64,000 nt of DNA from Okamejei kenojei (taxonomy: Eukaryota): contig CM069136.1 in the NCBI GenBank assembly GCA_035221665.1, forward strand, positions 41,602,001 through 41,666,000, in the 5' to 3' direction. The translations under genes and the position numbers were made by a program. Below are positions 61,044 to 64,000 of the stretch, in pieces. Each line of letters opens with the position of its first letter. Within the stretch, counting starts at the first letter, position 1. The notes under the pieces are model-generated. The model was not told where the DNA came from. It saw nothing but the letters and a program-made list of their open reading frames with translations, and made no database searches.

Positions 61044-62197
61044 ATAGACAATAGACAATAGACAAAAGTGCATGAGTAGGTCATTCGGCCTACTCCGCCA
61101 TTTACTGTGATCATGGATGATCATCCACAATCAGTACCCCATGCCTGCCTTTTCCCCATATCCCATGACTCTGCTATCTTTAAGAGCCCTATCACGCTTT
61201 CTCTTGAAAATATCCAGAGAACCGGCCTCCACCGCCCTCCGAGGCAGAGAATTCCACATACTCACAACTCTCTGTGTGAAAAAGTGTTTCCTTATCTCCG
61301 TTCTAAATGCCTTATCCCTTATTCTTAAACTGTGGCCCCTGGTTCTGGAACCCCCCAACAACGGGAACACGTTTCCTGCCTCCAGTGTGTCCAAACCCTT
61401 AATAATCTTATATGTTTCAATAAGATCCCCTCTAATCCTTCTAAATTCCAGAGTATACAAGCCCAACCGCTCCATTCTCTCAGCATATGACAGTCCTGCC
61501 ATCCGGGAGTTAACCTTGTGAACCTACGCTGAACTCCCTCAATAGCAAGAATGCCCTTCCTCAAATTAGGGGACCAAATCTGCACACAATACTACAGGTG
61601 TGGTCTCACTAGGGCCCTGTACAACTGCAGAAGGACCTCTTTGCTCCTATACTCAATTCCTCTTGTTATGAAAGCCAACATGCCATTTGCTTTCTTCACT
61701 GCCTGCTGTACCTGCATGCTTCCTTTCATTGACTGATGAACAAGGACCCCCAGATCCCGTTGTACTTCCTCTTTTCCCAACTTGACACCATTTAGATAAT
61801 AATCTGCCTTCCTGCTTTTGCTACCAAAGTGGATAACCTCACATTTATCCACATAAAACTGCATCTGCCATGCATCTGCCCACTCACCCAACCTGTCCAA
61901 GTCACCCTGCATTCTCATAGCATCTTCCTCACAGTTCACACTCCCACCCAGCCTTGCGTCATCTGCAAATTTGCTAATGTTACTTTGAATCCCTTCATCT
62001 AAATCATTGATGTATATTGTAAATAGCTGCGGTCCCAGCACCGAGCCTTGTGGTACCCCACTAGTCACTGCCTGCCATTCTGAAAGGGACCCGTTAATAC
62101 CAACTCTTTGTTTCCTGTCTGCCAACCACTTCTCTATCCATGTCAGCACTCTAACCCCAATACCATGCGTCCTAATTTTGCCCACTAATCTCGTATG
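61044..62197 (-). mobile_element. 5'-truncated CR1-clade LINE (RT domain to 3' tail)
   Basis: WLADRKQRVGING, SGVPQGSVLGPQLFTIYINDLD, KFADD, KCEVIHFG, LYRALVRPHL, RGDLIETYKIIKG, TRGHSLR; (CTATTGT)n tail; frameshifts near the 3' end. Confidence 0.93.
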
Positions 62198-62838
62198 TTG
62201 CCGTAAATTACATGCATCCAATAATACTATTGAGTTAATATTTCAAAATAAAATTTTATTTTGAATTTTCTGATCTTTCTTATTTATCGGTTATTTTGTG
62301 GCGTATCACTGCTTTGCGAGGGTGAACATTTTTTACTGACTTGTTTTTAAGTACTCGGCATGGACTTCCCAGGGTAGCTGAAGTGCAGTAAAAAGCCTTA
62401 TTCATTCAAAACATTTTTAAAAATATATTTACATGTGTGGGATGTAGCCATGGATGTAAGCAAATTCATAGATACCAGAATTATTAACCAGCCTCTTGTC
62501 TCCTTATGCTGAATGTGCAATGAAAGCTCTCTCTATCCTGAATTTTAGCAGTAGGTAATTAGCCAGATTGTGTTAGAGTGAATGGCAGAAGTTTGTGGAT
62601 GAATGGCTCTTTTGTTTTCCTAAGAAGGACCTTCTTTGCACTTGTATTCTAGTAGACGGGTGGCGCTGGTTACACTGAGGACACTTTATCACATTAACGG
62701 CAGAGAGTCATTGTTGGTGTTGCAGCAATTAGTTAAAATGTGCAGTCCCAGCACCTTTTCCTTCTGTGAGCAGGAAACTGTTGAAGAACAGAGAAGCCCC
62801 TGATTAACAAATAAGTAATTTGCCAATTAATTTCATTA

Positions 62839-62927
62839 ATGGACAGTATGACTATAAACATGCATTTTATTCATGGACAGTATTTCTATGAACATGCATT
62901 TTATTCACGGACAGTGTTTCTATAAAC
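62839..62927. repeat. 34 bp tandem repeat, about 2.6 copies
   Basis: A(T/C)GGACAGT..T/ACTATAAACATGCATTTTATTC starting at 62839, 62873 and 62907. Confidence 0.85.
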
Positions 62928-63676
62928 TGTGTTCAGCAATTTTAATTTTTAATGGTATTAATCAAATTATGCATCGGAATCCTTTGGTCATTCGTGTATA
63001 ATTGCATTTGAGCACAAGCACCTTATGAGAAGGTGACAATACTTGCAAGATTTCACTTGCAATGTGCGCTGATGGATTTAGGTGAGATTGGTGTGGAAAA
63101 ACTGCTGGGGTTTGGAGATTTGAACAACAGGAACAAATATTTTGCTTTGATGAGGAAAACGTAGTTTCAAATATTAATTGGGGATTTCATCTGTTCATGT
63201 GAATAGTAGACAGCACTCTATGCGGGAATTAAAATTGTTCTTGGGAAGGGCTATAAAACGTATACGGGTTAATGCACTGCTCAGCCCTTCTATTGTGGCG
63301 AGGAGGTTAAAGGCCCTGTGCACTGACCTCTGTAAAGGATTACTAGGCCATTTGGCCTAAATTGGTATTATTGCTTTGAATAGTGCCATGTTTACATAAC
63401 TCTTGAAGGGGTATCTTCACATTTCCCAAAATGTTGCCCCAACCCTTACCAACCCATCCCACTCGCCCCCTCATGCTTCCTTACATTCTCTGAGTGTTAT
63501 GCTAAGGTATTATCTTATTTACTGAGGAAATAGAATTTTAAATCCAGATTGTTTTATAAAAAATAAATCTGCTTTGTTGTATATGACAGTCACTAAACTT
63601 CAATGGTAGATAGTTGGTTGCAAAACATTTTGAGATAACACTGACACAGTGATAGAATTTGGGGAAAGTTAATGGG

Positions 63677-63792
63677 GACAATAGTAGGCCATTCGGCCCT
63701 TCGAGCCAGCCCCGCCATTCAATGTGATCATGGTTGATCATCCACAATCAGTACCCCGTTCCTGCCTTCTCTCCCTATCCCTTAACTCCGCT
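63677..63792 (-). mobile_element. CR1-like 3' tail
   Basis: GTAGGCCATTCGGCCCTTCGAGCCAGC..GCCATTCAATGTGATCATGG.TGATCATCCACAATCAGTACCCC, as at 61076-61140. Confidence 0.85.
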
Positions 63793-64000
63793 AGTAGTTC
63801 GGTAAATAAAACAAGTGCACAATTCATTTAAATGGGTGCTCGATGGACTAGGGGGCCAAAGGACATATTTCTGTTTTTTATGTCACCATAGCTTTAGATA
63901 TTATATAAAATCTATGCATTTTTCCTGTCATCTTTTTGAATTTTGCAACATTGGCAATTCTGACAAGGTTAATTTGAGCCTTGTCCTCTGGCGAGATGCT

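Overview
Eukaryotic, AT-rich, repeat-dense non-coding DNA (intronic or intergenic). The repeat mix (HE1/V-SINE-like tRNA SINEs sharing CR1-like tails, Deu-domain SINE relics, Neptune-like Penelope elements, Rex1, fish-type L1) points to a cartilaginous fish, probably a skate or ray; this is inference. I recognise no host protein-coding exon, rRNA, true tRNA or CRISPR array. Every recognisable ORF is a retroelement fragment: L1 ORF2 at ~9.7-12.0 kb, CR1 RT at ~61.0-62.2 kb, Penelope RT/GIY-YIG at ~42.9-44.2 kb and ~41.5-41.9 kb. The main observation is a dispersed family of short (about 80-220 bp) Penelope-terminus insertions carrying a minimal hammerhead-ribozyme-like core (CTGAAGA-A-GGGT-YTCG-ACCC-GAAAC-GTH). 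I read about 18 core remnants by eye. Several copies have their own target-site duplications, several are fold-back inverted pairs, and two show compensatory stem changes. Also present: a hAT-like MITE inserted exactly into one such core, two Harbinger-like MITEs, a hairpin-unit minisatellite inside a retroposon, and a Vingi-like fragment. All family assignments are from motif recognition, not database searches, and boundaries of degraded elements are approximate.
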